Shown one piece after another: positions 29,177-38,660 of a DNA stretch of 64,000 nt. A program made the position numbers and the translations under genes. The stretch is from positions 9,209 to 73,208 of the forward strand of contig CALUMB010000002.1 of NCBI GenBank assembly GCA_944321645.1. Reading direction: 5' to 3'. Origin of the DNA: an uncultured Prevotella sp. Its GTDB lineage: Bacteria > Bacteroidota > Bacteroidia > Bacteroidales > Bacteroidaceae. How positions within the stretch are numbered: the stretch's first letter is position 1; every line of letters begins with the position of its first letter. The notes beneath the pieces were generated by a model, which worked only from the letters and a program-made list of their open reading frames with translations, was not told the DNA's origin and made no database searches.

Positions 29177-30424
29177 TTAGGGCCGCGTCTGCCCCTCGCC
29201 GTCTATGAGCCACTTGTAGGTGCAAATCTCTTGCAGGCCCATCGGGCCGCGCGGGCCGAGCTTCTGTGTGCTTATGCCTATCTCGGCGCCAAGGCCGAAC
29301 TGCGCCCCGTCGGTGAAGCTGGTGGGCGCGTTCACGTAGACGCAGGCCGCGTCCACGCGGGCCTGGAACTCGCGTGCGGCTGCCCCGTCGGCCGTTATGA
29401 TGCTCTCGCTGTGGCCGGAGCCGTAGCGGGCGATGTGCTCTATGGCCTCGTCGAGCGACGCTACGGTGCGCACGGCCATCTTGTAGTCCATGAACTCCGT
29501 GCCGAAGCTCTCGTCGGTGGCGGGCCGGAGCAGTTCGCCGGGGTATCGCCCGGCAAGGGCTTCGAGCGCGTCGTGGTCGGCGTAGAGCGTCACTTGCTTG
29601 CCGGCCAGCGGCTCGCAGAGCGCGGGCAGGTCGGCGAGGCGCGAGCGGTGCATTATCAGGCAGTCGAGTGCGTTGCACACGCTCACGCGGCGCGTCTTGG
29701 CGTTGAGCACGATGCGGCGGCCCATGTCAAGGTCGGCGGAGGCGTCGAAGTATGTGTTCACCACGCCCGCGCCGGTCTCTATCACCGGCACGCGGGCCGT
29801 GTCGCGCACGAAGTCTATCAGCTTCCGCCCGCCGCGCGGTATGCAGACGTCCACAAGGCCCACGGCGTTGAGCATCGCGGCGGTGGCCTCGTGGGTGGCG
29901 GGCAGCAGCGTGGCGGCGGCAGTGTCGATGCCGTGGCGGCTCAGCACGCCGCGGATCAGGCCCGCGGCCTCGCGGTTTGAGCTGTCGGCGTCCTTGCCGC
30001 CCTTCAGCACGCAGGCGTTGCCGCTCTTGAAGCAGAGGGCGAACACGTCGAACGTTACGTTGGGCCGGGCCTCGTATATCACGCCTACCACGCCGAACGG
30101 CACGCTCACCCGCCTTATGCGCAGGCCGTTGGGCAGGGTGCGCTTGCAGCTCTCCATGCCCAGGGGCGAGGGCAGCGTGGCCACGTTGCGCATATCGGAG
30201 GCAATGCCGTCGAGCCTCTCGGCGGTCAGCTTGAGCCGGTCGTAGAGCGGGTTGGCCGCGTCCATCCGCGCCAGGTCGGCGGCGTTGGCGGCGAGCAGCG
30301 GCTCCTTGCCGGCCACGATGGCGTCGGCCACGTCGCGGAGCACGCCGTTGCGCTCGTCGTCTGTCAGCAGGGCGAGGCTTTGGCTGGCGGCCTTCGCCCT
30401 CTTGAAGGTTTCGGTGTATGTCAT
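29177..30424 (-). CDS. proA: Gamma-glutamyl phosphate reductase
   Basis: '[16 protein letters not shown]', 'VCNALDCL', '[25 protein letters not shown]'. Confidence 0.97.
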   Translation of the reverse strand: MTYTETFKRAKAASQSLALLTDDERNGVLRDVADAIVAGKEPLLAANAADLARMDAANPLYDRLKLTAERLDGIASDMRNVATLPSPLGMESCKRTLPNGLRIRRVSVPFGVVGVIYEARPNVTFDVFALCFKSGNACVLKGGKDADSSNREAAGLIRGVLSRHGIDTAAATLLPATHEATAAMLNAVGLVDVCIPRGGRKLIDFVRDTARVPVIETGAGVVNTYFDASADLDMGRRIVLNAKTRRVSVCNALDCLIMHRSRLADLPALCEPLAGKQVTLYADHDALEALAGRYPGELLRPATDESFGTEFMDYKMAVRTVASLDEAIEHIARYGSGHSESIITADGAAAREFQARVDAACVYVNAPTSFTDGAQFGLGAEIGISTQKLGPRGPMGLQEICTYKWLIDGEGQTRP

Positions 30425-30519
30425 AGCGGTAGTCTTTTTCTGTGGTTACAGTTGTGGCCGGGAGTATTGAGGGAACTGTGATGGCAGCGGGAGTCAGTGG
30501 AAAGCATGGCTCTCGGTGG

Positions 30520-31626
30520 CTATTGCCCGGACTCCTGGGCACCCGGCCCCCTGTCACCTTGCTCCATGTACAGGTAGTCGTAGCGTATGAGCGGCTTCAC
30601 GTCGTGCGCCCCGATGAGGCTGCGTGCCTCGCCGCTGCCGTATGCGGAGCGGCCCACGCCGATGGCGTTGCCGCCGCTGTCGGCTATGGTCACTATGTCG
30701 CCCTCCTCGAAGTCGCCGTCAATCGCCGTCACGCCCACGAGCAGCAGGCTCACGGCGTGGTCGCCGCGCAGGGCCTCGGCGGCCTTGTCGTTAACGCGGA
30801 CCACGCCCTTGGCGAAGCTCGCGCTGTGGGCTATCCACTTCTTCATGGTGGACGACGGCGTGGGGCTTGGCACGAACTCCGTGTGCGGCACGGCGTCGGG
30901 GGAGGCCATCAGGTCGGCCAGTATGCCGTCGCGGCGGCCGTTGGCTATCACCACGCGGATGCCCTCGTCGGCCACTTTGCGCGCGATGCTGCACTTTGTG
31001 AGCATTCCGCCGCGCCCGAAGCCGCTCTTCTCCTGCCTGATGTATGCGCTGAGGTCGCGCCCCGGCTCCACGCGGGCAATCACCTTCGCGCCTTCGTCGC
31101 CGGGCTTGCCGTCGTAGATGCCGTCGATGTTGCTAAGTATGATGAGCGCGTCGGCGTCCATCATCGTGGCGATGAGGCCCGACAGTTCGTCGTTGTCGGT
31201 GAACATGAGCTCAGTCACGCTCACGGTGTCGTTCTCGTTTACTATCGGCACCACCCCGTTTGCCAGCATCACGCCCATGCAGGCGCGCTGGTTGAGGTAT
31301 TCGCGGCGCGTGGCGAAGCTCTCCTTCATCGTGAGCACCTGGCCAACGGGTATGCCGTAGTCGCGGAAGAGGCTGTAGTAGAGGTTTATCAGCTTCACTT
31401 GCCCTATGGCGGAGAACAGCTGCCGCTGCTCAACGCTGTCGAGCTTGTGGCACACTTTAAGCTCGCCCCTGCCGCTGGCCACGGCGCCGCTCGACACGAG
31501 GATGGCCTCGTGGCCCTGGGCGCGGAGCGCGGCCACCTGGTCTACGAGGGCCGACATCCGCGTCACGTCGAGCTTGCCGTCGCTCCGCGTGAGCACGTTG
31601 CTGCCCACTTTTATCACTAATCGCAT
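30520..31626 (-). CDS. proB: Glutamate 5-kinase with PUA domain
   Basis: 'VIKVGSN', 'VSSGAVASG', 'PIVNENDTV', 'DNDELS', 'GRGGMLTK'. Start reassigned to MRLVIK. Confidence 0.95.
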   Translation of the reverse strand: MRLVIKVGSNVLTRSDGKLDVTRMSALVDQVAALRAQGHEAILVSSGAVASGRGELKVCHKLDSVEQRQLFSAIGQVKLINLYYSLFRDYGIPVGQVLTMKESFATRREYLNQRACMGVMLANGVVPIVNENDTVSVTELMFTDNDELSGLIATMMDADALIILSNIDGIYDGKPGDEGAKVIARVEPGRDLSAYIRQEKSGFGRGGMLTKCSIARKVADEGIRVVIANGRRDGILADLMASPDAVPHTEFVPSPTPSSTMKKWIAHSASFAKGVVRVNDKAAEALRGDHAVSLLLVGVTAIDGDFEEGDIVTIADSGGNAIGVGRSAYGSGEARSLIGAHDVKPLIRYDYLYMEQGDRGPGAQESGQ

Positions 31627-31643
31627 TCGTTTTGAATTTAAAC

Positions 31644-31790
31644 GCCCCTCCCTGGCCCTCCCCGGTGGGGAGGGAATGTGTGCCGGTGCGAAGCCAGTTG
31701 CCCTTTCCCCCGTCCATGGTGACAGCGGCGTGTGATTCGCTTCCGTTCCGCCAGGGCTTCCTCCACGGCGGGGAGGAATGGTGTGGGGCC
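31644..31790. repeat. Degenerate inverted REP-like pair
   Basis: gcccctccctggccctccccggtggggaggg (31644-31674) and ttcctccacggcggggaggaatggtgtggggcc (31758-31790). Confidence 0.55.
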
Positions 31791-33448
31791 TATCTTTTCT
31801 TGTCTTTCTCGCGTATCTCCACGCGGCGTATCTTGCCGCTGATGGTCTTGGGCAGCTCGTCGACGAACTCGATGACGCGCGGGTACTTGTACGGCGCGGT
31901 CTCGTGCTTGACGTGGTTCTGCAGCTCCTTGACAAGCTCGTCGCCCGCGCGGTCGCGCCATGCCTTGCTGAGCACGATGGTGGCCTTCACCACCATGCCG
32001 CGGATTTCGTCTGGAACGCCCGTTATGGCGCACTCGAGCACGGCGGGATGGGTCATCAGTGCGCTCTCGACCTCGAACGGGCCGATGCGGTATCCGCTGC
32101 TCTTTATCACGTCGTCGATGCGGCCCACGAACCAGTAGTAGCCGTCTTCGTCGCGCCATGCCTCGTCGCCCGTGTGGTAAACCCCGTCGTGCCATGCCTG
32201 CCGCGTCAGTTCCTCGTCGCGGTAGTATTCCTTGAACAGGCCGATGGGTTTGCCCTTGTCGGTGCGTATCACAATCTCTCCCTTCTCGCCGTCTTCGCAT
32301 GGCGTGCCGTCGGGTTTCACCAAGTCGATGTCGTACTGCGGGTTTGGCAGGCCCATGGAGCCTGGCTTCGGCTCCGTCCACGGCATGGTGCCGAGGGTCA
32401 TGGTGGTCTCGGTCTGGCCGAAGCCCTCCATGAGCCGTATGCCCGTTAGCTTGAGGAACTTGTCGTATACGGCGGGGTTGAGGGCCTCGCCCGCAGTCGT
32501 GCAGTAGCGCAGCGACGAGAGGTCGTATTTCGAGAAGTCCTCGTGTATCATGAAGCGGTAGACCGTTGGCGGTGCGCAGAACGACGTAATTCGGTGCTTC
32601 TCAATCTGCCGCATAATCTTGTCGGCGGTGAATTTCTCGTGGTCGAACACGAACACGGCCGCCCCGGCGAACCATTGGCCGTAGAGCTTGCCCCACACGG
32701 CCTTGCCCCAGCCCGTGTCTGCCACGGTGAGGTGGATGCTGTCTTCCGAGAGGTTGTGCCAGAACACGCCCGTGGTCAAGTGTCCCAGGGCGTAGAGGAA
32801 GTCGTGGGCCACCATCTTCGGCTCGCCGCTCGTGCCGCTGGTGAAGTACATCAGCATGGTGTCGGAGTTGCTGTTGGGGTGCTCCGGGCGCACGAACGCC
32901 GGTGCCTCGGGCCACTCCTTGTGCCAGTCGTGGAAGCCCTCGGGCACCTCTGGGCCAACGCTCACGAGCACCTTGACCGACGGGCTCTCGGGCATGGCGG
33001 CAGCCACCTGCCCGAGCACATACTCCTCGCCCACGCACACTATGGCCTTTATGCCGGCCCGCGTGTTGCGGTATACGATGTCGTGCTTCGTCAGCATGTG
33101 CGTGGCGGGTATGGCCACGGCCCCTATCTTGTGCAGGGCCAGCATCGAGAGCCAGAACTCGTAGCGGCGTTTCAGTATGAGCATCACCATGTCGCCCTTG
33201 CCGATGCCCAGCTGCATGAAGTAGGCGGCGGTGCGGTCGGTCTGCTCCTTGATGTCCTTAAACGTGAACTTGATGCACTCGCCCTCGTCGTTGGTCCAGA
33301 TGAGGGCCACCTTGCCGGGCTTTTCTTCCGCCCAGGCATCCATCACGTCGTAGGCGAAGTTGAAGTTGTCTGGAACGATGAACTCCAGGTTCTTCTTAAA
33401 GTCATCCTGAGAAACAAAGCTTGTCTGCTTCAGAAAACGTTCTATCAT
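31790..33448 (-). CDS. AMP-forming acyl/acetyl-CoA synthetase
   Basis: 'YFTSGTSGEPK', 'GFGQTE', 'YHTGD', 'GRIDDVIKSSGYRIGPFEVE', 'LPKTISGKI'. Likely start MIERFL. Confidence 0.92.
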   Translation of the reverse strand: MIERFLKQTSFVSQDDFKKNLEFIVPDNFNFAYDVMDAWAEEKPGKVALIWTNDEGECIKFTFKDIKEQTDRTAAYFMQLGIGKGDMVMLILKRRYEFWLSMLALHKIGAVAIPATHMLTKHDIVYRNTRAGIKAIVCVGEEYVLGQVAAAMPESPSVKVLVSVGPEVPEGFHDWHKEWPEAPAFVRPEHPNSNSDTMLMYFTSGTSGEPKMVAHDFLYALGHLTTGVFWHNLSEDSIHLTVADTGWGKAVWGKLYGQWFAGAAVFVFDHEKFTADKIMRQIEKHRITSFCAPPTVYRFMIHEDFSKYDLSSLRYCTTAGEALNPAVYDKFLKLTGIRLMEGFGQTETTMTLGTMPWTEPKPGSMGLPNPQYDIDLVKPDGTPCEDGEKGEIVIRTDKGKPIGLFKEYYRDEELTRQAWHDGVYHTGDEAWRDEDGYYWFVGRIDDVIKSSGYRIGPFEVESALMTHPAVLECAITGVPDEIRGMVVKATIVLSKAWRDRAGDELVKELQNHVKHETAPYKYPRVIEFVDELPKTISGKIRRVEIREKDKKR

Positions 33449-33457
33449 GTCTTTATG

Positions 33458-33656
33458 TAAGTAGCTGTTCAAAATTAATCGATATTATAGACCTTGCAGA
33501 TGTTCTCTATGTCTTTGCACCACCTTGTGCGCTCTTTCGGGCTGTATGCCAAAGTCTCATCGGTCGCGTAGCCCGCTACGCCCCCTCTTCGGACTTTAGC
33601 ATGCATCTCCGGAATAACGCACAATTTGGCGGCAATTAATTTTGAACACCTACTTA
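33458..33656. mobile_element. Miniature inverted-repeat element (MITE), TA-flanked
   Basis: Terminal IRs taagtagctgttcaaaattaat (33458-33479) and attaattttgaacacctactta (33635-33656) match 21/22 including the terminal TA; AT-richer interior; no transposase. Confidence 0.75.
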
Positions 33657-33814
33657 AAGGGGCTGGAGGGAGCCTGCGGGAAGCCGTCGCGCCACGGCGT
33701 GGCGCGGGTGGGTGGATGGCGCGTGCCTTGCCGAAGGCTTGCCGCACGCCGGCCCGTCGCTCTCCGTTGTTCCGCTCCGCATATTTTCTTGATTCTTAAC
33801 TTTTAATCCTTAAC

Positions 33815-34369
33815 TTAGATGACCACCACGAGGAACTTCACGGGCCGCCCGCCGAGCGCCCTCATGCAGTGGGGCTGCGTTGCGTCGAAGTAGATGCTGT
33901 CGCCCTCGCCGAGCGTCATCACCTTGTCGCCGATGGTAATCTCCATCTCTCCCTCCACGATGTAGTTGAACTCCTGCCCGTCGTGCGAGTTCTTGCTGTA
34001 CTTGCGGTCGCCGGGCAGCGGGTCCACCTGCGTGAGGAACGGGTCCACCTTGCGCCCGCGGAAGCCGCTGGCCAGGCTCTGGTACTTGTATTCCTTGCGC
34101 CGCTCCACGCTCAGTCCCTGCCCCTTGCGCGTGAGGAAGTAGGCGCTCATGCGCGGTTCCTCGCCGAACATGAGCACGTCGAGCGATATGCCGTAGCGCT
34201 TGGCTATGCGCGAGAGGCGATAGACCGACGGGTCGGCCTCGCCAGCCTCTATCTTGAGGTAGTGGTCGAGCGTTATGCCGCACAGTTCGGCCACCTCTTC
34301 GGCCGGGATGTCGAGCACCTCGCGCAGCCCTTTCAGCCGCTCGCCAATTTGTTTGATTGCTTCGTCCAT
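33815..34369 (-). CDS. XRE-family HTH regulator with cupin domain
   Basis: 'IGERLKGLRE...YLKIEAG...S', 'HDGQEFNYIVEG', 'GDSIYFD..PH'; TATTTTTG on the minus strand at 34419-34426. Confidence 0.92.
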   Translation of the reverse strand: MDEAIKQIGERLKGLREVLDIPAEEVAELCGITLDHYLKIEAGEADPSVYRLSRIAKRYGISLDVLMFGEEPRMSAYFLTRKGQGLSVERRKEYKYQSLASGFRGRKVDPFLTQVDPLPGDRKYSKNSHDGQEFNYIVEGEMEITIGDKVMTLGEGDSIYFDATQPHCMRALGGRPVKFLVVVI

Positions 34370-34670
34370 ATTCAAATAGTATGTTCTGTTTCTTGCCTTT
34401 TGCTTGTTTTGAATCGCACAAAAATACTAATAATTCGTGACATATTGAAATTTTAAGCCCATTTTTCGACCGATTTGTCTTTTTTATTGGCCAGGTGCGC
34501 CTTCCGCCAGCACCGCAGCGGACTGCCGGGTGTGGCGTTTTGCCAGGAAATAAGCCGTGTTAATGGAGCTTAAAACAGTTAAAACGGCGGCGTAATGCCC
34601 CCTCAAAATTCGCGTATTCGCAAGCAAACGCGCCCTTGCCCGCAAATAACGCCAAAATGAGTGTGCAGCC

Positions 34671-34958
34671 GTAACTGGCTGAAACAAACGGACTTGACGG
34701 TCAGGCAAGGCAAATTGTGCAATGTTCCCGGCCTGTTTTTTGCCCAAAAAACGGCAAAAAACAGCAAGTTTCGGCCGAAAATGCCGTGCAAAACGGCCTC
34801 CGTTGCATTGCGAAACGGCCTGTTTCGCATCCTAAGACGGGTCGTTTCGCCGCCTGAAACGTGCCGTTTTGCAAACCGACCGTGCCCAAGGCGGCTCGCC
34901 GAAGGGTTTTTACGCGCTCCAGTTTTCTATTTCGTCGGATTTTAAAGTGTTAAATTCA
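34671..34958 (+). repeat. Phased-palindrome intergenic element, divergent/expanded copy C
   Basis: GTAAC half-dyad at 34671; units at 34791, 34813, 34835, 34857; GTGTTAAA at 34947. Confidence 0.65.
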
Positions 34959-35315
34959 CGCGCCATCCTTCCCGCCCGCTGGCCGCAACCGGCCTGCCGG
35001 CCGCGTTCCGTCGGGCCTGCGCCGCGCCGCTTCCTTAAGCCGTGCGCCGGTGCGGGGGCTTACACTTTCCTGTGCTTCTTCGCTTCTTTCCCCTTCGGCT
35101 TTTGCCGGACTTTCGTGCCGGGAGCGTTGGCGCTTGTTCCAAAAAGCAAGCCCCGGCGGCGGCAGGCGCCGCCGCCAAGGGCGCAAGTAACAGTCTTCCC
35201 ATGTTTTGAGAAACTGTTTTGATTTTTTACAGTGGCATCCGCCTTGTCCTTAATGTTGGCTTTGCCCATGGGCAAAAAAATCAAAACCGTTTTTAAGAGA
35301 TGCTACCGTTGGGCT

Positions 35316-35939
35316 TTAGTATATTGTCCGGCCGCGCTTCTTTTCCACGGCGGGCTTCGGGCGCAGCTCGGCCACGTTGATGTTTTTCGCCCGTTTGCCC
35401 TTTCCGTCGAACAGTTTGCGCGACGGGCCGTCGGGCATGAAGAAGTCTATGGTCTTCACCTTGGCCGGCAGCGGCGGGAACACGAGCACGAAGCGGTTGT
35501 AGTTCCACTCGCCCGGGTTGTGCACCCAGAAGCACGTGTCGGTGGGGAAGTGCTCCACGTGGCGCAGCATATAGCGGTCGCCGGTCTTGCTGTCGATGAT
35601 GGCGCACTTGCCCTCGAAGCGGTAGAACACGCTGTCGGGCCATGAGGGCCGGTAGTCGGCGGTGACGTATGTGGCCTCCTTCGTGCGGTAGAGCTGGTAG
35701 CGGCCTCCGCTGAAGAGGGGCTTGCCGTCGGTGCGGTTCACGCCGTTCACCTTCGTGTAGTGGGGGAATGTGCCGGAGTTGTGCAGGTTGTAGCTCGTGG
35801 GCGCGGGCTGCCTGAGCAGCGGGGCGGGGTTGTCGGGCCGTTTGTCGTAGTTGCCGGCGCGCTGCGAGGCGCAGGCTGCGGCAAGTACGCAGGCCGCTGC
35901 CGCAAGCGCGATGTTGCGGATTGTTGCTGATGTTTTCAT
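35316..35939 (-). CDS. Lipoprotein homologous to the C-terminal domain of the adjacent M56 protein
   Basis: Lipobox 'LAAAC'; 'IIDSKTGDRYMLR...FVLVFPPLPAKVKTIDF'. Confidence 0.75.
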   Translation of the reverse strand: MKTSATIRNIALAAAACVLAAACASQRAGNYDKRPDNPAPLLRQPAPTSYNLHNSGTFPHYTKVNGVNRTDGKPLFSGGRYQLYRTKEATYVTADYRPSWPDSVFYRFEGKCAIIDSKTGDRYMLRHVEHFPTDTCFWVHNPGEWNYNRFVLVFPPLPAKVKTIDFFMPDGPSRKLFDGKGKRAKNINVAELRPKPAVEKKRGRTIY

Positions 35940-36037
35940 TCGAGTTTTGTTTTAAAGTTTGTCGCTATTGGCAGGCGTTGAGACTCGGCCGCAGTCTCTG
36001 TGGCGCCTGTTTGTCTGGTCGGCGCGGCGGTGTGGCG

Positions 36038-37627
36038 TCAGTGTATGATGTGCACGGGGTCGCGCGAAATGTCTTTCAGTCGGAACTCGGCCTCTTTGTT
36101 GACGCCGGGACAGTTCAGCATCACGTAGCGCACAGACTCGTCGAGCCTTGGGAACACTAACGTGAAGCAGGCCAGTGCGCCGCGGTGGCTCTTCACGCGG
36201 AAGTCAATGCGCTTTGAGTCGTAGCCCTCGATGCGGCGGCACATATAGCGGTCGCCGGTGTCGATGTCGTAGATGTAGCTCCCGGTGGCGTCGATTCTGA
36301 TGCGCTGCGGGTCTCCGTGTATGGGCCAGAGCAGCATCACCCGCGTCTCGCTGCCCGACGTCTCCACCCAGAATCCGTGCCTCAACTTCTTCATTCGGGC
36401 GAACTCCAGCATGGTGAACGGTGCGGTTGGTATCTTCATCACATCCGGCACGGTGTCTGTAGCCGCCGTCTTTGGCGCAGCCGCCGGCCTAATCGCCGTT
36501 ATATGGCGCAGCGCGGTGCTGTCGGGGCGCAGCCTGACGGTGTCGGCTGGTGCCACTGCCACGCCTTCGGGCATCGGCTGCGGGGCTGGCGCGGCGGGCT
36601 GTCCGGGCGTTGCCGGAGCCTCAGTCCGGGGCTTCGCCGCCTCTACCAGTGCGCGTGGCGACAGCAGCGGTGCCTCGGCCTCGGCGCGGGCCAGCGCCTC
36701 TCCGGTCTCGCCCACTATGGCAGGGCGGGCGAACGCCGCCACGGCCACGGACACGAGAGGCAGCAGGTAGGCGGCCTTGAGGGCGGCGGCCCGCGCCGAC
36801 GGGCGGCGGCACATCATGTAGAGCCGCCGCTTCACGGCGCTGCGGCAGAACGAGTTGGCTGCTGTTGCGGCGGCGGGCTGTGCAGCCGTCTTGATGAGCA
36901 GGCGCTGGTAGCCGTCGGCGTCGATGCCGGCGGAGAGCGCACTGCGGTCGGCCTGGTACTCGTGGACGTCGCGCAGGTCATTGCGCAGCATCCACGCCGA
37001 GGGCAGGAACCACAGGAGCCGCGTGACCATCTCGCACAGGGCCATGTCCCACGAGTGCCCGAGGCGCACGTGGGCCAGCTCGTGGGTGAGCACGGCGTGC
37101 AGCTTGTCGCCGCCGAGGGCGGGCGGCAGCAGCACCCATCGCATCCAACTGCATGGCACCGCGAGGCCGCGGCACTCCACCACCCTCACCCCGCGCGGCA
37201 GCCCGGCGGCGGCCACCCGCCGCCCGCGCCATATCGTGCGCCACAGCTGCAGGAGCGAGAGCGCGTAGCCGAGCAGGCACACGGCCAGCCCCATGGCGTA
37301 GGCCACGGCCACGAGGCGCGGCCAGAGCGCGGGGCTGCTCCCGCCGCCTGGCTGCGCCGCCGCGGCCTCGGCTCCGTCGGGTGCAGGCGTGGCGTATGCC
37401 TGTTCCACTATGAACGCCTCGGCGTCGGCTGCCGCAAGCGTCAGGGCCGAGGGGCTGCCGGTGGTGACGCGCACCGCCGGCAGCGCCACTGCGGCAAGCA
37501 TTATGAAAAGCAACACTGTGCGGTTGAGCGTATGGAGCGTCTCGCGCCGCAGGCACAGCCCGTAGAGCGAGTGCAGCAAGGCCAGCACTATGGCTGCCTT
37601 GATGACGTAGACGAGCAATGCAGCCAT
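36038..37627 (-). CDS. BlaR1/MecR1-like M56 metallopeptidase signal transducer
   Basis: N-terminal TM helices, 'THELAHV..GHSWD', 'VHEYQAD', 'KRRLYMM', then a TM helix, Pro/Ala linker and C-terminal domain. Confidence 0.9.
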   Translation of the reverse strand: MAALLVYVIKAAIVLALLHSLYGLCLRRETLHTLNRTVLLFIMLAAVALPAVRVTTGSPSALTLAAADAEAFIVEQAYATPAPDGAEAAAAQPGGGSSPALWPRLVAVAYAMGLAVCLLGYALSLLQLWRTIWRGRRVAAAGLPRGVRVVECRGLAVPCSWMRWVLLPPALGGDKLHAVLTHELAHVRLGHSWDMALCEMVTRLLWFLPSAWMLRNDLRDVHEYQADRSALSAGIDADGYQRLLIKTAAQPAAATAANSFCRSAVKRRLYMMCRRPSARAAALKAAYLLPLVSVAVAAFARPAIVGETGEALARAEAEAPLLSPRALVEAAKPRTEAPATPGQPAAPAPQPMPEGVAVAPADTVRLRPDSTALRHITAIRPAAAPKTAATDTVPDVMKIPTAPFTMLEFARMKKLRHGFWVETSGSETRVMLLWPIHGDPQRIRIDATGSYIYDIDTGDRYMCRRIEGYDSKRIDFRVKSHRGALACFTLVFPRLDESVRYVMLNCPGVNKEAEFRLKDISRDPVHIIH

Positions 37628-37631
37628 GGCG

Positions 37632-37988
37632 CTATTGTTTTTTCAGGTTGTCGAGAAAGTCGGTAAGCTCCTGCTCGCTCACCTTCTCTTCCCTTACGAG
37701 CGCGGAGACAACGTTCATGTAGCTGTTGCCGAAATAGCGGCGCACGAACTGCTCGAACTTGCCCCGCCCGTAGCTCTCCTGCTTCACGGCGGGCGTGTAG
37801 ATGTAGCCCCTGCCTTTGGGCCGGTGGGTGAGGTAGCCCTTCTTCTCGAGCAGTTGGAACATCGTGGCCACGGTGTTTATGTGTGGCTTGGGGTCGGGGA
37901 ACATCGCCCGCACGTCTTTAGGGGCGCAGCTCCCAAGCTGCCATATCATCTCCATCACCTCTTCTTCGCGTCTTGTCAGTCTTTCCAT
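37632..37988 (-). CDS. BlaI/MecI/CopY-family repressor
   Basis: 'LTRREEEVME.IW', 'NTVAT....LEKKGYL', 'YFGNSY..VVS.L'. Confidence 0.93.
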   Translation of the reverse strand: MERLTRREEEVMEMIWQLGSCAPKDVRAMFPDPKPHINTVATMFQLLEKKGYLTHRPKGRGYIYTPAVKQESYGRGKFEQFVRRYFGNSYMNVVSALVREEKVSEQELTDFLDNLKKQ

Positions 37989-38074
37989 TTCCGTCGGCTT
38001 TTAGTTTGTAGAAAGTCGTTTTTGCAGCTCCGCCATGCCGTTTGCGGGCTTGCCGGGGGTAGGGCGGGGCTTTG

Positions 38075-38144
38075 AACTACTGCAAAGATAGTTGAAAAAG
38101 ACGTAACCTCCAAGCTTTTTGACGTTTTTAACTAAACAAATAGT
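38075..38144 (-). promoter_or_regulatory. blaI-like promoter with candidate operator dyads
   Basis: TATCTTTG (minus strand, 38083-38090) inside AACTA-N9-TAGTT (38075-38093); ACTA-N6-TAGT at 38131-38144. Confidence 0.5.
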
Positions 38145-38235
38145 GTGAAACGGCATCCTCGTTAGCCATTGTTCCCCCATATCCCATTGCGCGGAAGGGC
38201 AAGGCCGCCACATCCGGATGGCGCAATCCGGGAAC

Positions 38236-38440
38236 GTTAACCAATGTAAAAAGCCGCCGTTCCCCATGTCTTTGCGTAACCGCTTGGCATCCAGTGCGTT
38301 ACGGAACGTGCCGTTTCGGGCTGCAAAACGTGCCGTTTCGCTCCCTGAAACGTGCCGTTTTGGCGGCTAAAACGCACCGTTTCAGCCGCCAAAACGGCAG
38401 TGGGCGCGGTGCGATGCCTCCCGTTTAACACGCCTTAACG
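38236..38440 (+). repeat. Phased-palindrome intergenic element, copy D (subtype 2)
   Basis: GTTAAC at 38236; dyad GTAAC..GTTAC 38276-38302; units at 38304, 38326, 38348, 38370 (half unit at 38392); ends ccgtttaacacgccttaacg. Confidence 0.85.
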
Positions 38441-38660
38441 CTGCCGGGGCTGTCGCGGAGCCAGCCGTGCCGGTTGCCTTGGCCGCAGCCTTTGCGGTTG
38501 AAGCGGGAGCAAAGCCGGCTGTCCGGCGCGCCAAGGCGGGAAACAAGGCCGCTGTCAAGCGCAAATGGTGCAAATAAGGCCGCTGCATGAAAAAAATCAT
38601 ACAGGCTCTTGGCGAGTTCAAATTAAAAGCACTAATTTTGCAGCAAATTTGTAATATAGT

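Noticed and set aside
33475-33747. Small ORFs in the XRE-synthetase gap and in the phased elements
   Set aside because: They coincide with the MITE or non-coding repeats, and reading frames are not conserved among copies.
36038-37988. Beta-lactam resistance locus
   Set aside because: No beta-lactamase or PBP gene nearby, and no penicillin-binding sensor domain in the M56 protein.
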